From assembly GCA_013265495.1 (NCBI GenBank), contig MU058213.1, forward strand, positions 3,844,001 to 3,908,000: 64,000 nt of DNA, written 5' to 3'. The notes under the pieces were generated by a model. It saw nothing but the letters and a program-made list of their open reading frames with translations, had not been told where the DNA came from and did no database searches. This DNA is from Vicugna vicugna (Eukaryota). This document shows, piece after piece, positions 29,931 through 42,289 of the stretch. Within the stretch, counting starts at the first letter, position 1; every line of letters starts with the position of its first letter. The position numbers and the translations under genes are program-made.

Positions 29931-29944
29931 GTTTCCATGACAAC
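29931..29944. promoter_or_regulatory. RFX X-box GTTTCCATGACAAC
   Basis: 12/14 identity to the palindromic GTTGCCATGGCAAC consensus, in apparently repeat-free TEX9 intron sequence. Confidence 0.5.
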
Positions 29945-30586
29945 AGATGACTCCTATTCTAGCCAGCCATTTTGCAAATTCAAGTAATGAGGACTTGTGT
30001 GAACAACTCAGTTCAAAACCATCAGTGCTATAAAAACAACTTAGATACGTAAAGACAGACTTCTGACCCCAGGTCTGCATTTATGGTGATTGATTTAAAC
30101 GCAGTGGTATAACAGTTTATGTATATATTACTTGCTATTTACTGTCAGGTAGACATTTTGAGATCAGAGTTCTTAAATGTAACTTCATATTTCTGAAAAA
30201 ATATGTGTATGTCTTAAGTTTTTGAGTTTTTAATCATTTTGCCTTGTCTCTAACTTTGAGGGATGTTCTCAAGATAGGCAATAAGATTTTCCTCAGAGTC
30301 TAATCTGTATATAAGTTTTTCCTTTGTGAGCAGTTACATATTTTTTTTCTATTTTAATTCTTTGTACCTTGCTTCCCATTCTGATTAGACATACTATTAA
30401 AGTTAGATAGGCAGGTAAAATTATTCAGGTTTATATGTTTAAAAAATAGTAAGGTTTCCATAAAATAGAACAAGATTGCCTCACAGTCATCAAAGTTAAA
30501 GATTTATTTAAAAAAAATAATGATAAACTTATTCTGCACAGAGCTTAGGAAACAGGTAAACTGGCTTGAGAGTAAGAGTAACTTTT

Positions 30587-31884
30587 TAAAATTGAAGTAT
30601 AGTTGAGATTTATATAGTAGTTGTGTTAGTTTCTGGTGTACAACAGTGATTCAGTTATGTACATATATATTTATAGTCTTTTTTCACTATAGGTTATTAC
30701 AAGCTATTGAATACAGTTCCCAGTGCTATCCAGTAGGACCTTGTTGTTTATCTGTTTTGTATATAGTAGTTAGTATCTGCTAATACCAAACTCCTAATTT
30801 ATCCCTCCCCCCTACTTTCCCCTTTGATAACCATAAATTTGTTTCTATGTCTGTGAGTCTGTTTCTGGTTTGTAAGTTCATTTGTGTCATTTTTTTTTTT
30901 TAGATTCCACATATAAGTGATATCATATATTTGTCTTTCTGTCTCTGACTGACTTCATTTAGTATGATCATGTATAGGTCCATCCATGTGCTGCAAATGG
31001 CATTATTTCATCCTTTTCTATGGCTGAGTAGTATTCCATCGTTTCTATGTATGTGCGCGCACACACACACCCACCCACCCACCTTCTTTATCCAATGGAC
31101 ATTTTGGTTGCTTCCGTGTCTCAGTTCTTGTAAATAGTGCTGCTGTGAACACTGAAGTGCATGTGTCTTTTTGAATGAGAGTTTTCTCTGGATATATGCC
31201 AAGGAGTAGGACTGCTGGATCATATGGTAACTGTATTTTTATTTTTTAAGAAATGTCCACACTGTTTTCCATAGTGGCTGCACCAGATTACATTCCCACC
31301 AACAGTGGAAGATTCCCCTTTCTCCACACCCTCTCCAGCATTTATTATTTGTGGACTTTTTACTGATAGCCATTCTGATTGGTGTGAGGTGATACCTCAT
31401 TGTAGTTTTTACATTTCTCTGATAATTAGTGATATGGAGCATCTTTTCATGTGCCTTTTGACCACCTGTATATCTTCACTGGTGAAATGTCTGTTTAGGT
31501 CTTCTGCCCATTTTTTGACTGGATTGTTTGGTTTTTTGTTATTGAATTGTATGTTTGTATATTCTGAAAGTCAAGCTCTTACCAGTTACATCATTTGCAC
31601 ATATTTTCTCCCAGTCTGTAGGTGGTCTTTTCATTTTGTTTATGATTTCCTTTGCTATGCAAAAGCTTGTAAGTTTAATTAGGTGCTATTTGTATAATTT
31701 TGCTTTTATTTCTGTTGCCTTGGTAGACTGACCTAAGAAAACATTGCTGCAATTTATGTCAGAGAATGTTTTGCCTATGTTCTCTTCTAGGAGATTTATG
31801 ATGTCTTATGTTTAAATCTTTAAGACATTTTGAGTTTATTTTTGTGTATGGTGTGAGAGAGTGTTCTAACTTCATTGATTTACA
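30587..31884 (-). mobile_element. Lineage-specific 5'-truncated L1 (1.3 kb)
   Basis: TSD agtaagagtaactttt (30571-86) / agtaagagtagctttt (31885-900); ORF2 C-terminal peptide MRYHLTP..CWRGC..HCWWEC in ORF 31239..31442. Confidence 0.95.
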
Positions 31885-32684
31885 AGTAAGAGTAGCTTTT
31901 GAAATACAAAGTCAGTCAACTTAAACCAGATGCTGCATGAGTGGAGGAACCCTGTCTCATTCACTGCTATGCCTCAGTGCCTGGAACATAATAACTGAAG
32001 GGAGGAACGATGAAGACAACCATGTGATGGTTTTCCTGGGCATTTGATTAGATGGCTGCTTGAAGTCCATTTAAAATATGTCACCAAGTACATGTTATTT
32101 CATTTAGAAACATAATTTCTAATTCTTCATTAATTTATTTAGAAGTATTTATGAGGGCCTGCCGGGTACCTGTGAGATGTTTCTTAGAGGCTGGAGATAT
32201 AAAGGGGATAAAAAAACAAATGTGATCCTAGTAGTCATATGCCTTATAGTGGAGAAATTGGATCTTACTTAGACAATACATCAAGCAAAGCTAAGCTGCA
32301 GTTGTGATAAATGCCATGAAGGAGGGGACATGGTGCCTTGAGCAGGTGACCAGGTCAGTGAGTCCATTTTTTAAAATTCTAAGCTAAGATTTGAAGAACA
32401 TATAGGAGTCATGTACCAGGGGAGAGATTATGAACAGAAGAAATGGTATATAAAAAATGGTTCTGTGGCAGGAAAGAAGACATGGTAATGAAAGGCAGGG
32501 ATGGGTGTGAAGGTTGTGTTGCAAAGTGAGGCTTCAAACATAGGTAGAGGGCAAACCATCTGGGTCCTTTAGGCCATGTTAAGTGTTACGGATTTTATCT
32601 AAAGAGCAGTGCAAAGCCACTGCATGGTTATTTTGAAAAAAGATGACAGGAGACATGGCATTATCAGATACACATCTGGAAAGT

Positions 32685-32961
32685 ACAGTGGTCTTTTGGT
32701 GTCCGTGGGTGCTGAAGTCTCTCATATAAAATGATGTAGTGTTTGCATGTAATATACCCACATCCTCCCGTACTTTAAATCATCTCTAGATAACGTGTAT
32801 TACCTAATACAGTGTAAATGCTATGTAAATAGTTGCTGACACATGGCAATTTCAAGTTTTGCCTTTTGGAGCTTTCAGGAATGTTTTTCCCCAGAATAGT
32901 TTCCATCTACAGTAGATTGAACCCATGGGTTCGGAACCTGGGTATACGGAGGGCCAGTTGT
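32685..32961. mobile_element. MER2/Tigger3-like MITE
   Basis: ta|cagtggtc...; tactttaaatcatctctagat; ...tacggagggccagttg. Confidence 0.8.
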
Positions 32962-33037
32962 GTTCCTTTCTTTGTGGAGAATCAATTGGAAGGGGGCCAG
33001 AATGGACACAGATAGACTGCTTAAGTGTAGCAATGTA

Positions 33038-33109
33038 TTATGACTCACTATATTGTACATCTGTAACTTACATAATATTATACAGCAACTATACTTCAAT
33101 TAAAAAAAA
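33038..33109 (+). mobile_element. 72-bp extreme 3' L1 terminus with poly(A)
   Basis: ...caactatacttcaattaaaaaaaaa; TSD aagtgtagcaatgta (33023-37) / aagagtagcaatgta (33110-24). Confidence 0.85.
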
Positions 33110-33784
33110 AAGAGTAGCAATGTAAGTGAGAGCTAATTCTGTAGCTTTGACTAAACTGATAGTTTAGAAATGGAAAGAAACCCAAAAGCAAAAAATACTT
33201 CTAGGAGAGAAAATCACTAGGACGTAATGATGGACTGGATAGAGGATCGTGAGGAAGGGAAGCTTAAGGAAGATATTTTGACTTCTAGTCTTTAGAACTA
33301 GACAGTGCCATTCACTGAAATAAGAAACAATAGAATAGGTTTGGGGAAGAAGATTGAGTTGTTCTGGAGCAGGTTAAGTTTGAAGATATTCAGAGAAATT
33401 GCTGGGGAGATGTCAGGGTCTAGGGGAGAGGTCTGCAGAGACAGAGCAGAAGCCATTAGTGTTCACTGGGAAGATAGCATAGAGTGAGAGGGGAAAGAAG
33501 CAAGGGTGTAGAGCTGAGCCCAGAAGAATTCCAGTATTTCAGGAGTGATCAACAGTGTTGAGAGGTCAAGTTCTTGGGGAGCTGAGAAAACTTTGCTAGA
33601 TATAACAACACAGAAGTGACCTTGGACAGATATGTTTCGGTAGAATTATAGGGAAGAAGCTAAATTCAAGGGGGATGAAAAAGCAAATGCAGGTGAGAGA
33701 ATGGAGACAGTGGATGTGTGTAATTCTTCCAAGAAGCTTAGCTAGAAGATAGAGCTGGAGGAGTTGGGTGAAAGAGTTGGCTGG

Positions 33785-35115
33785 ATTTTTTTAATTGAAT
33801 GATTTTACAGACAATAAAATGTGCACTTTACATGTGTAATTCAGTGAGTTTGGGCTCTTACACACTTGTGTAACCACCACTTCAGTCAGTGTATAGAATT
33901 TATTTTTTCAGTACATAGAATATTTTCATTACCTCCAGAAAATTCCCTGTATTCCCTCTCCAAGTACTACATCCTCCTCTTAGAGATACAGCTAGTCTGG
34001 TATTCTTGTTCTTGAATTTCATATAAATGGAATTGCGTAGAATGGTTTTGACTGGCTTCCTTCACTAGGCATAGTGTTGAGATTCATCCATGTTGTCAGT
34101 TTCTTTTTTCCTCGATCAGTCTTATTAACCAGTTATCAGTTAATCTTTTTCAATTTTTGGTTTCATTTTCTCTTTTGTCTGTTTTCTGTTTTCACCGAAT
34201 TCTCCTTATTACATAGTTTTGTCTACTTGCTTTGCTTTTTAATTTGCTCTTTTTTCAGTTTCTTAAATTGAAGGCTTAGATCATTGATTTTCAACCTTCT
34301 TTTCTAACATGACATTTAAAAACTACAGTTTCCCTTAAAACGATACTTTAGCTGTTTATTGCAATTTTTAATTTGCATATCTTTAAGTATATGTATTTTT
34401 ATTTCTTTTTTCACATTTATCATGGTATAATTGACATGTAATAAACCTGGACATATTTAAAATATAAACTTTGATGATTAGTGACTACATGTATACTTAT
34501 GAAAAAAATCACAATAGAGATAATGTTGATCATCCCTCAGAGTTTAGTTGTGCCCTTTTATAATCATGCCCTTCTCCTGACCCCCATCTCCAGGTAACTT
34601 GTTCACATTTTCTAGAATTTTGTGTTCTTTTTAAAAATGGGAATTCTTTCACTCAGTGTAATTTGAGATTCCTGCATGTTACTGCATATGATAGCAGTTC
34701 ATTTTTAATAATTTTACACATAAATATTCCAAACTGTACCACCTGATGATGGCTATTAGGGTTGTTTCCAATTTTTGGATATTACAAATAAAGCCTCCAT
34801 GAACATGTGTCTTTGTGTGGGCAAATGTTTTCATTTCTCTTGAATAAATACCTAGCAGTCAATTATCTGCATTGTATTTTACATGTATGTTCAACTCCCA
34901 AACTGTTTTCTAAAAATGGTTGTACCAGCTTACATTCTGAATAGCACTGTATGAGTTTCAGCTGTTCCATATCTTCACCAACACTTAATATGGTCAGTTT
35001 TTTACATTTTAGGTCTTCCAATAGGTGCCTAGTGGTGCCTCATATTATGGTTTTATTTGCATTTCCCTAATGACTAGTGATGTTGAGCACGTTCATATGC
35101 TTATTTGCCATCTTT
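33785..35115 (-). mobile_element. Old L1 3' fragments (L1ME/MD and L1MB-like)
   Basis: Two antisense L1 3' ends at ~33790 and ~34405. Confidence 0.7.
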
Positions 35116-35167
35116 CATACAGTTTTAGTGAGATATAATTGACATACAGCACTTAGTTAATATCCAT

Positions 35168-35169
<2 letters not shown>

Positions 35170-35203
<34 letters not shown>
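35170..35203. repeat. (CA)17 microsatellite
   Basis: Direct count. Confidence 0.95.
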
Positions 35204-35207
<4 letters not shown>

Positions 35208-37014
35208 AGGAAAAATATTTTTTCCCCTGGTGATGAGAACTCTTAGGATCTCCTCTCTTAACTTTCAAATATACCATACAGCAGTGTTGACTCTAGTCAT
35301 CAAGTTGTATAACACAAACCTAGTACTTTTTTATCTCACAGCAGAAGTTTATACATTTTGACCACCTCTTCCCATCACCTCCTGCCTCTGGTAACGACAA
35401 ATCTTATCTTTTTCTGAGTTTGCTGGGGTTTTTGTTTCTGTTTTTGATTCTACATGTAATTGAGATATACAGTATTTGTCCTTCTCTATCTGACTTATTT
35501 CACTTAGCATAATACCATCGAGGCTCATCCATGATGTTGCAAATGGCAGGATTCCTTCTTTTTCATGACTGAATAATATTCCATTGTATATGTATACTAC
35601 AACTTCTTTATCCATTCATCTGTCAGTGGACAGTTAGGCTGTTTCTATGTCTTGGCTATTGTAAACAATGTCGCTGTGAACTTTGGGGTGCGGATATTTC
35701 TTTGACATAGTGTTTTCATTTCCTTTGGATATATTCCCAGAAGTAGAATTACTAGATATATGGTAATTTTATTTTTAATATTTTGAGGAATTTCCAAAGT
35801 GTTTTCCATAGTGATTGTACCAATGTATAATCCTACCAACAGTGCACAAGTGTTCCCTTCTCCACATCCTCACCATCACTTGTTACCTCTTATTTTTTTG
35901 ATGATAGCCATTCCAACGCTTGTGAGGTGATAGCTCATTGTGGTTCTATTTTGCATTTTCCGGAGGATTAGTAATGTTGAGCACCTTTTCATGTACCTGT
36001 GTATCTAGAAAATTGTCTATTCACATCTTTTGCCCATTTTTTAAATTGGATAATTTGATGTTTTTGTTGTTGTTGAGTTTGTATGAATTCTTTATACAGT
36101 TTGGATATTAACCTTTTCAGATATATGGTTTGCAATATTTTTTCCCATTCTGTAGGTTGCCTTTTTGTTTTGTTGATTGTTTCTTTTGCTGTGCAGAAGA
36201 AGCTATTTAGTTTGATGTAGTTCCACTTCTTAATTTTTCATTTTGTATGTTGTGATTTAGGTATCCTACCCAAATATATCATTGCCAAAACCCATGTCAT
36301 GGAGCTTTTCCCCATGTTTTCTTCTGGAAGTTTTATGGCTTCTATTGTAAAATATTAAGTTCCTATTCCATTATGAGTTCATTTTTGTGAGTGGTGTAAT
36401 TCAGGACTAGTTTCATTCTTTTACATGTGAATATCCACTTTTCTTTGTACCATTTACTGAAGAGACTATCCTTTCCACATTGAGTATTCTTGGCTCCTTT
36501 GTCAAATATTAGTTGACTGTACATGCTCTAGGCTCTAGATTGTTCTATTGGTCTATGTTTCTGATTTTATGCCAGTAACATACTATTATGATTACTATAA
36601 CTATACTGTAGCTTGAAATCAGGAGCTATGATTCCTCCCACTTTGTTCTTTCTCAGGATTCCTTTGGTTGGCTATCTGGGGCCTTTTGTGACTCCATATA
36701 AATTTAGGATTTTTTTTTCTAATTCTGTAAAAAATGCCATTAGAATCTTGCTACGGATTGCACTGAATCTGTAGGTGGTCTTGGTAGAACTGACATTTAA
36801 AAAACACTAATTCTTCCAATCCGTGAACACAGGATACCTTTCCATTTATTTGTGCCGCCTTTGATTTCTTTCATCAGTGTCTTAAAAGTTCCCAGTGTGT
36901 AGATATTTTATGTCCTTGGTTAAATTCATTTCTAAGTATTTTTTCTTGATGTAATTATAAATTGGATTGTATTTCTTTTTCAGATAATTTGTTATTATTG
37001 TATACAAACTACTA

Positions 37015-37116
37015 ATTTTTTGTTGTTGTTGTTAGTGGAGGTTTTGGGGATTGAACCCAGGTCCTTGTGCATGCTAAGCACACATTATTCTACCACTGAG
37101 CTATACCCTACTCCCC
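37015..37116 (-). mobile_element. vic-1-like tRNA-derived SINE nested in L1
   Basis: Minus strand reads ggggagtagggtatagctcagtggtaga...gcttagcatgcacaaggacctgggttcaatcccc with a (caa)n/A tail. Confidence 0.9.
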
Positions 37117-37485
37117 GGTTTTTTAATGTTAATTTTGTATCCTGCAACTTTACTGAACTTGTTGATGAGATCTAATGGGGTTTTTGGTGGATTCTGTAAG
37201 ATTTCCTATATATAAAATCATATCACCTGCAAATAGAGATAGTTTCATTTCCTCTTTTCCAGTTCTGATACTTTTTTTTTTTTTTTGCTTGATTTCTCTA
37301 GCTAGGAATTCTAGTATTACGTTAAGTAGGAGTGGTGAGAGTGGGCATTTGTCTTGTTCCTGACCTTGGAAAGTTTTCAGTGTTTCACCACTGAGTATAA
37401 TTTTAGCTGTGGGCTTGTCATATAGGGCCTTTTTTTTATTGAGATACTTTCCTTCTGAACTTAGTATATTAAGAGTTTTTATCAT

Positions 37486-37675
37486 AAAAAAAAACAAATG
37501 ACAGGCAGTTTATCTCTGAGAATATTGGAAGGATAAAATTCTTGATGTGCTATGTCTTGAGTGCTTCCTTAAATTATAGTAAAAAATTACGCTTCAAAAA
37601 CCTGCTTTTTAAATCACCTGCTGATTATTTATATGAAGATAATGCTACTAAAATTAGAGCTAAATTTTCCAAAAA
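37486..37675 (+). other. 190-bp insertion of unidentified sequence with a 15-bp TSD
   Basis: aagagtttttatcat at 37471-85 and 37676-90; the host L1 resumes without loss on the far side. Confidence 0.85.
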
Positions 37676-40600
37676 AAGAGTTTTTATCATGAATGGATGT
37701 TAAATTTTGTCAAATGCTTTTTCTGTGTTGAGATGATCATGTGATCATCTTTTCTTTCATTCTTAACATGATGTATTATATTGATTTGCAGATAATGAAA
37801 CATTTTTGCCTTACTGGGATAAATCCCACTTGATCATGGTGTATGATCCTTTTAATGTATTGTTGAATTCAGTGAGCTTATATTTTGTTGAGTATTTTTG
37901 TATCTATTGATACTGGCCTGTAATTTTCTTATTTTTGTGGTTTCTATCTGGTTTTGATATTGGGGTGATGTGGCCTCAAAGAGTGAATTTGGAAGCATTC
38001 TTTTCTCTTCAGTTTTGTGGAGTAGTTTGAGAAGGATAGGCATTAACTCTTTTAATGTTTAGTATAATTCATTTGTGAAGCCATCTGGTCCTGGTCTCTT
38101 ATTTTATTGGGAGTATTTTTTTTATTACTGATCTGAGTTCATTACTGATAATTGGAGGTCTATTCATATTTTATATTTCTTCCTGATTCAGTCTTGGGAG
38201 AGTGTATATTTCTAGGAATTTATCCATTTTTTTTATAGATTGTCTATTATTGGTATATCACTAAGCAGAGTAATCTCCTTTTGTCCTTTGTATTTCTGTG
38301 GCGTCAATTGTAACTTCTTTTCATCTCTCATTTTGTTTATTTGAACCCATTCTCCTCCATCCCTCACTTCTTTGCCTCCCTCCTTCCGTCTTTCCTTCTC
38401 CATACTTTAGGTTTTGTTTGTTCTTCCTAATTCCTTTAGATGTAAGATTAGGGGTTTTTTTTTGTTTCCTGATATGGGCTTGTATCACTGTAAACCTCCC
38501 TCTTGGAACTGCTTTTGCTGCATCCCACAGATTCTGGATCATTGTATTTTCACTTTTATTGTCTCCATGTATTTTTTAATTTCCTCTTTGATTTCTTCAG
38601 TGACCCATTGGATGTTTAGTAGCATATTGTTTAGCCTTTACATTTTTTTTTTATAGTTGATTTCCACTTTCATAGCATTGTGGTCAGACACTTGGTATTA
38701 TTTCAGTCTTTTAAATTTGTTAAGACTTGTTTCGTGGCCTAGTGTACAATCTGTCCTGGAGAATGTTTCATGTGCACTTGAAAAGAATGTGTATTTTGTG
38801 GCTTTTGGTTGCAGTAACTGAAAAAAAAAAAAAAACCACTAGAAGGATGTTCTATATATCTGTTAAGTTCATCTGATCTAATGTGTTCTTTAAGGCCCAC
38901 GTCTCCTTATTGATTTTATGTCTGGATGATCTGTCCATTGACGTAAGTGGGGTGTTAAAACCGCCTACTATTATTCTGTTACTGTCAATATCTTTGCTTA
39001 TATTTGGTAATATTTGCTATCTGCATCTAGGTTCTCCACTTTGTGTGCATAAATATTTACAAGTCTTGTATATTCTTTTGTATTGATCCCTTTATCATTA
39101 TGTAATGTCCTTCTTTGTCTCTTGTTCCCAACTTTGTTTTTCCATCCCCTCACTTTCAGTCAGTGTGTCTTCAGATCTAAAGTGAATCTCTTGTAGGCAG
39201 CATATATATGGGTCTTGGTTTTGTATCCATTCAGCCACTCTATGTTTTCTGATAGGAACATTTAGTACATTTACATTTAAAGTAATTATTGATAGGTCTG
39301 TACTTACTGCTATTTTGTTAACTGTTTTGGGATTGTCTTTGTTCTTTTTTGCTCCTTTTTTCCCCTCTTCATTTGTAATTTGATGACTTAACATTATATT
39401 GGATTCCTTTATCTTTTTTGTGCATTATAGATTTTTGTTTTGTGGTAACCATAAGGTTTATATTAGCAACATATATAGAAAATTATTTTAAGTTGATGAT
39501 TTCTTAAGTTGAACACATTCTGACAACTCTGAAGATGAGCAATCTACCCAATAAAATGTTCATGGTAATGACCATAAAGATGCTCAGTGTGCTAGAAGAA
39601 TGGGTGAACACAGTGAGAATTTTAAAAAGGAGTTAGAAAATATAAAGAACCAACAGAGCTGAAAAAATGCAGTAACTGAAAAAAAAAAAAAAAACCAAAA
39701 GAAGGAAAGGAATCACTAAATTGGATAATACAGAGAAATGGATCAGTGACCCGGAAGACAGAGTAGTGGAAATCACCGAAGTTGAATAGAGAAAAAGGAA
39801 AAAGAATTTTTAAAAAATGAAGACAGTTTAAGAGATTTCTTGTAAACATCAGACATACTAATGTTCACATTATAGTGGTCCCAGAAGTAGAAGAGAGACA
39901 GAGGCAGAGAACCTTATTGAAGCACTTGTAACTAAAAACATACCCAACATAGGAAAGGAAACAGACATCCAGGTCCAGGAAGAACAGAGAGACCCAAACA
40001 AGATCAACCCAAAGAGATCCATACCAAGATATATTATATTGAAATGGCAAAAATTAAAGAGAGAATATTAAGAGCACAAGGGGAAAGCAACTAGGTCCAT
40101 ATAAGGGAGCTCCCATTAAGACTTTCAGCAGAAACTGCAGGCCATCGGGGAGTGGTGCAGTATATTTAAAGTGAGGAAATGAAAAAACCTGGAGCCAGGA
40201 ATGCTCTACCCAACAAGGCTATCAGTCAGATTTGAAGGAGAGAAAAGGAGTTTTTACAGACAAGCAAAAGCTAAAAAAGTTCCACATAGTCTGTTCCATT
40301 GAGCTGTATGTCTGTTTTCATGTTAATAATACACTGTCTAGATTATTACACCTTTATAATAAATCTTGAAATCATGTAATTTCTTTTAATTAGTGTTGAC
40401 ATTAGCTTGTCTTTTCCATCCTTTTATTTGTAACTTATTTGTATCTTCTCGTAGGCAGCATACAGTTGAGTTTTCCTGTTGTTTAATCCAATCTGACAGT
40501 CTCTGACTATTTAGGAGGTTTAGATCATTTCATTTAATGTGATTATTAATAATGGTTGGGTCTGATTCTATTAACTAGCAGTTTCTTTTATTCACATATG

Positions 40601-40888
40601 TTCATTCTTTCCCATTGTTTTTCTCCTGAATATTTTTTAAACATTTCATTTTGTCTCATATATTGGCTCATTATCCCCACTTTTTGTGTATACTTTCTAA
40701 TTTATCAGATACACCTTTAACTTATCATTGTCTACCTTCAAGTAACAGCATTTTATGAATAATGTAAGACCTTTTCAGTGGTATACTTCTCTCCTGCCCT
40801 TTTTGCTACTGTTTTCATACACATTTTACTTACACTAAAATTCCACACTATATTGTTAAATTTTGCTTTAGAGAGTTAATAAGCTTTC

Positions 40889-42269
40889 GTAAGTAGTGCT
40901 TCTAGGAACATTGGGGTGCATGTATCTTTTTGAATTAGGGTTCCCTCTGTATATACGCCCAAGAGTGGGATTGCAGGATCATATGGTAAGTCTATTTTCA
41001 GCCTTTTGAGGGATCTCCATACTGTTTTCCCTAACGGCTGCACCAAACAGCATTCCCATCCACAGTGTAGGAGGGTTCCCTTTTCTCCACACCCTCTCCA
41101 GCATTTATTGTTTATGGACTTTTAAATGATGGCCATTCTGACTGGTGTGAATTGATACCTCACTGTAGCTTTGATTTGCATTTCTCTGATAATTAGCGAT
41201 ATTGAGCATTTTTTCATGTGCCTATTGGCCATTTATATATCTTCATTGGAAAATTGCATGTTTAGGTTCTCTGCCCATTTTTGGATTGGGTTGTTTATTT
41301 CTCTCTTATTAAGTTGTATGAGCTGTTTATATTTGCTTATGGTTTCCTTTGCTGTACAAAAGCTTATAGGTTTAATTAGGTCCCATTTGTTTATTTTTGT
41401 TTTTATTTCTGTTGCCTGTGTAGACTGCCCTAGGAGAACATTGCTGAAATTTATGTCAGATAATGTTTTGCCTGTGTTTTCTTCTAAAAGTTTTATATGT
41501 GTCTTGTCTTATGTTTAAGTCTTTAAGCCATTTTGAGTTTATTTTTGTGTATGGTGTGAGGGAGTGTTCTAACTTCATTGATTTACATGCAGCTGTCCAG
41601 TTTTCCCGTCACCGCTTGCTGAAGAGACTGTCTTATCTCCACTGTATGTTTTTGCCTCCTTTGTTGAAAATTAATTGACCAAAAGTTTGTGGATTTATTT
41701 CTGGACTATTCTATTCCATTGGTCCCATTGGTCCATATGTCATTTTTATACCAATAACATGCTGTTTTGATTATTTTAGCTTTATATTATTGTCTGAAGT
41801 CTGGCCCAGACATGGAAACAACCTAAATGTCTATCGACAGATGAGTGATTAAAGAAGTTGTGGTATATTAACACAGTGGAATACTACTCAGCCATAAAAA
41901 ATAATAAAATAATTACATTAGCAGCAACATGGATGGACCTGGAGATTGTCATTCTAAGTGAAATAAGCCAGAAAGAGAAAGAAAAATACCATATGATATC
42001 ACTTATATGTGGACTCTTAAAAAAAAAACTTATTTCCAAAACAGAAACAGACTCTCAGACATAGGGAACAACCTTGTGGTTATCCTGGAGGGCAGGCGGG
42101 TGGGAAGGGATAAATTGGGAGTCAGAGATTTGAAGATACTAAGTAATATATATAGAATAGATAAACAAGTTCATGCTGTATAGCACAGGGAACTATATTC
42201 AGTATCTTGCAGTAACTTATGGTGAAAAAGAGTATGAAAATGAATATATGTATGTTCATGTAAAAAAAA
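40889..42269 (+). mobile_element. Twin-primed (5'-inverted) lineage-specific L1
   Basis: Minus segment 40889-41804, plus segment 41804-42269 with poly(A); TSD agttaataagctttc (40874-88) / agttaatgaactttc (42270-84). Confidence 0.92.
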
Positions 42270-42289
42270 AGTTAATGAACTTTCTAAAT

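Larger units (their letters stand above)
32125..33785 (-). mobile_element. L2 element interrupted by a MER2-like element and a micro-L1
   Basis: L2 3' end atttatttagaagtatttatgagg; body motifs ggattttatctaaagagcagtg and gtgccattcactgaaata. Confidence 0.7.
35123..40282 (-). mobile_element. L1 (L1MA9-like) from 3'UTR through ORF2 on the minus strand, with an inverted ORF1 segment on the plus strand (~39530-40282)
   Basis: ORF2 endonuclease SIITLNVN..CCLQE in ORF 39098..39394(-); RT QxxxCPLSPLL..LFAGDMI in 37150..37497(-); orientation switch near 39530. Confidence 0.9.

Noticed and set aside
37015..37116. tRNA gene suggested by A/B boxes (also at 9405 and 60039)
   Set aside because: A-rich tails, a TSD, truncation and indels identify these as SINEs.
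35123..40282. Potentially active L1
   Set aside because: ORF2 is fragmented by stops, frameshifts and insertions; ORF1 is inverted; no promoter.
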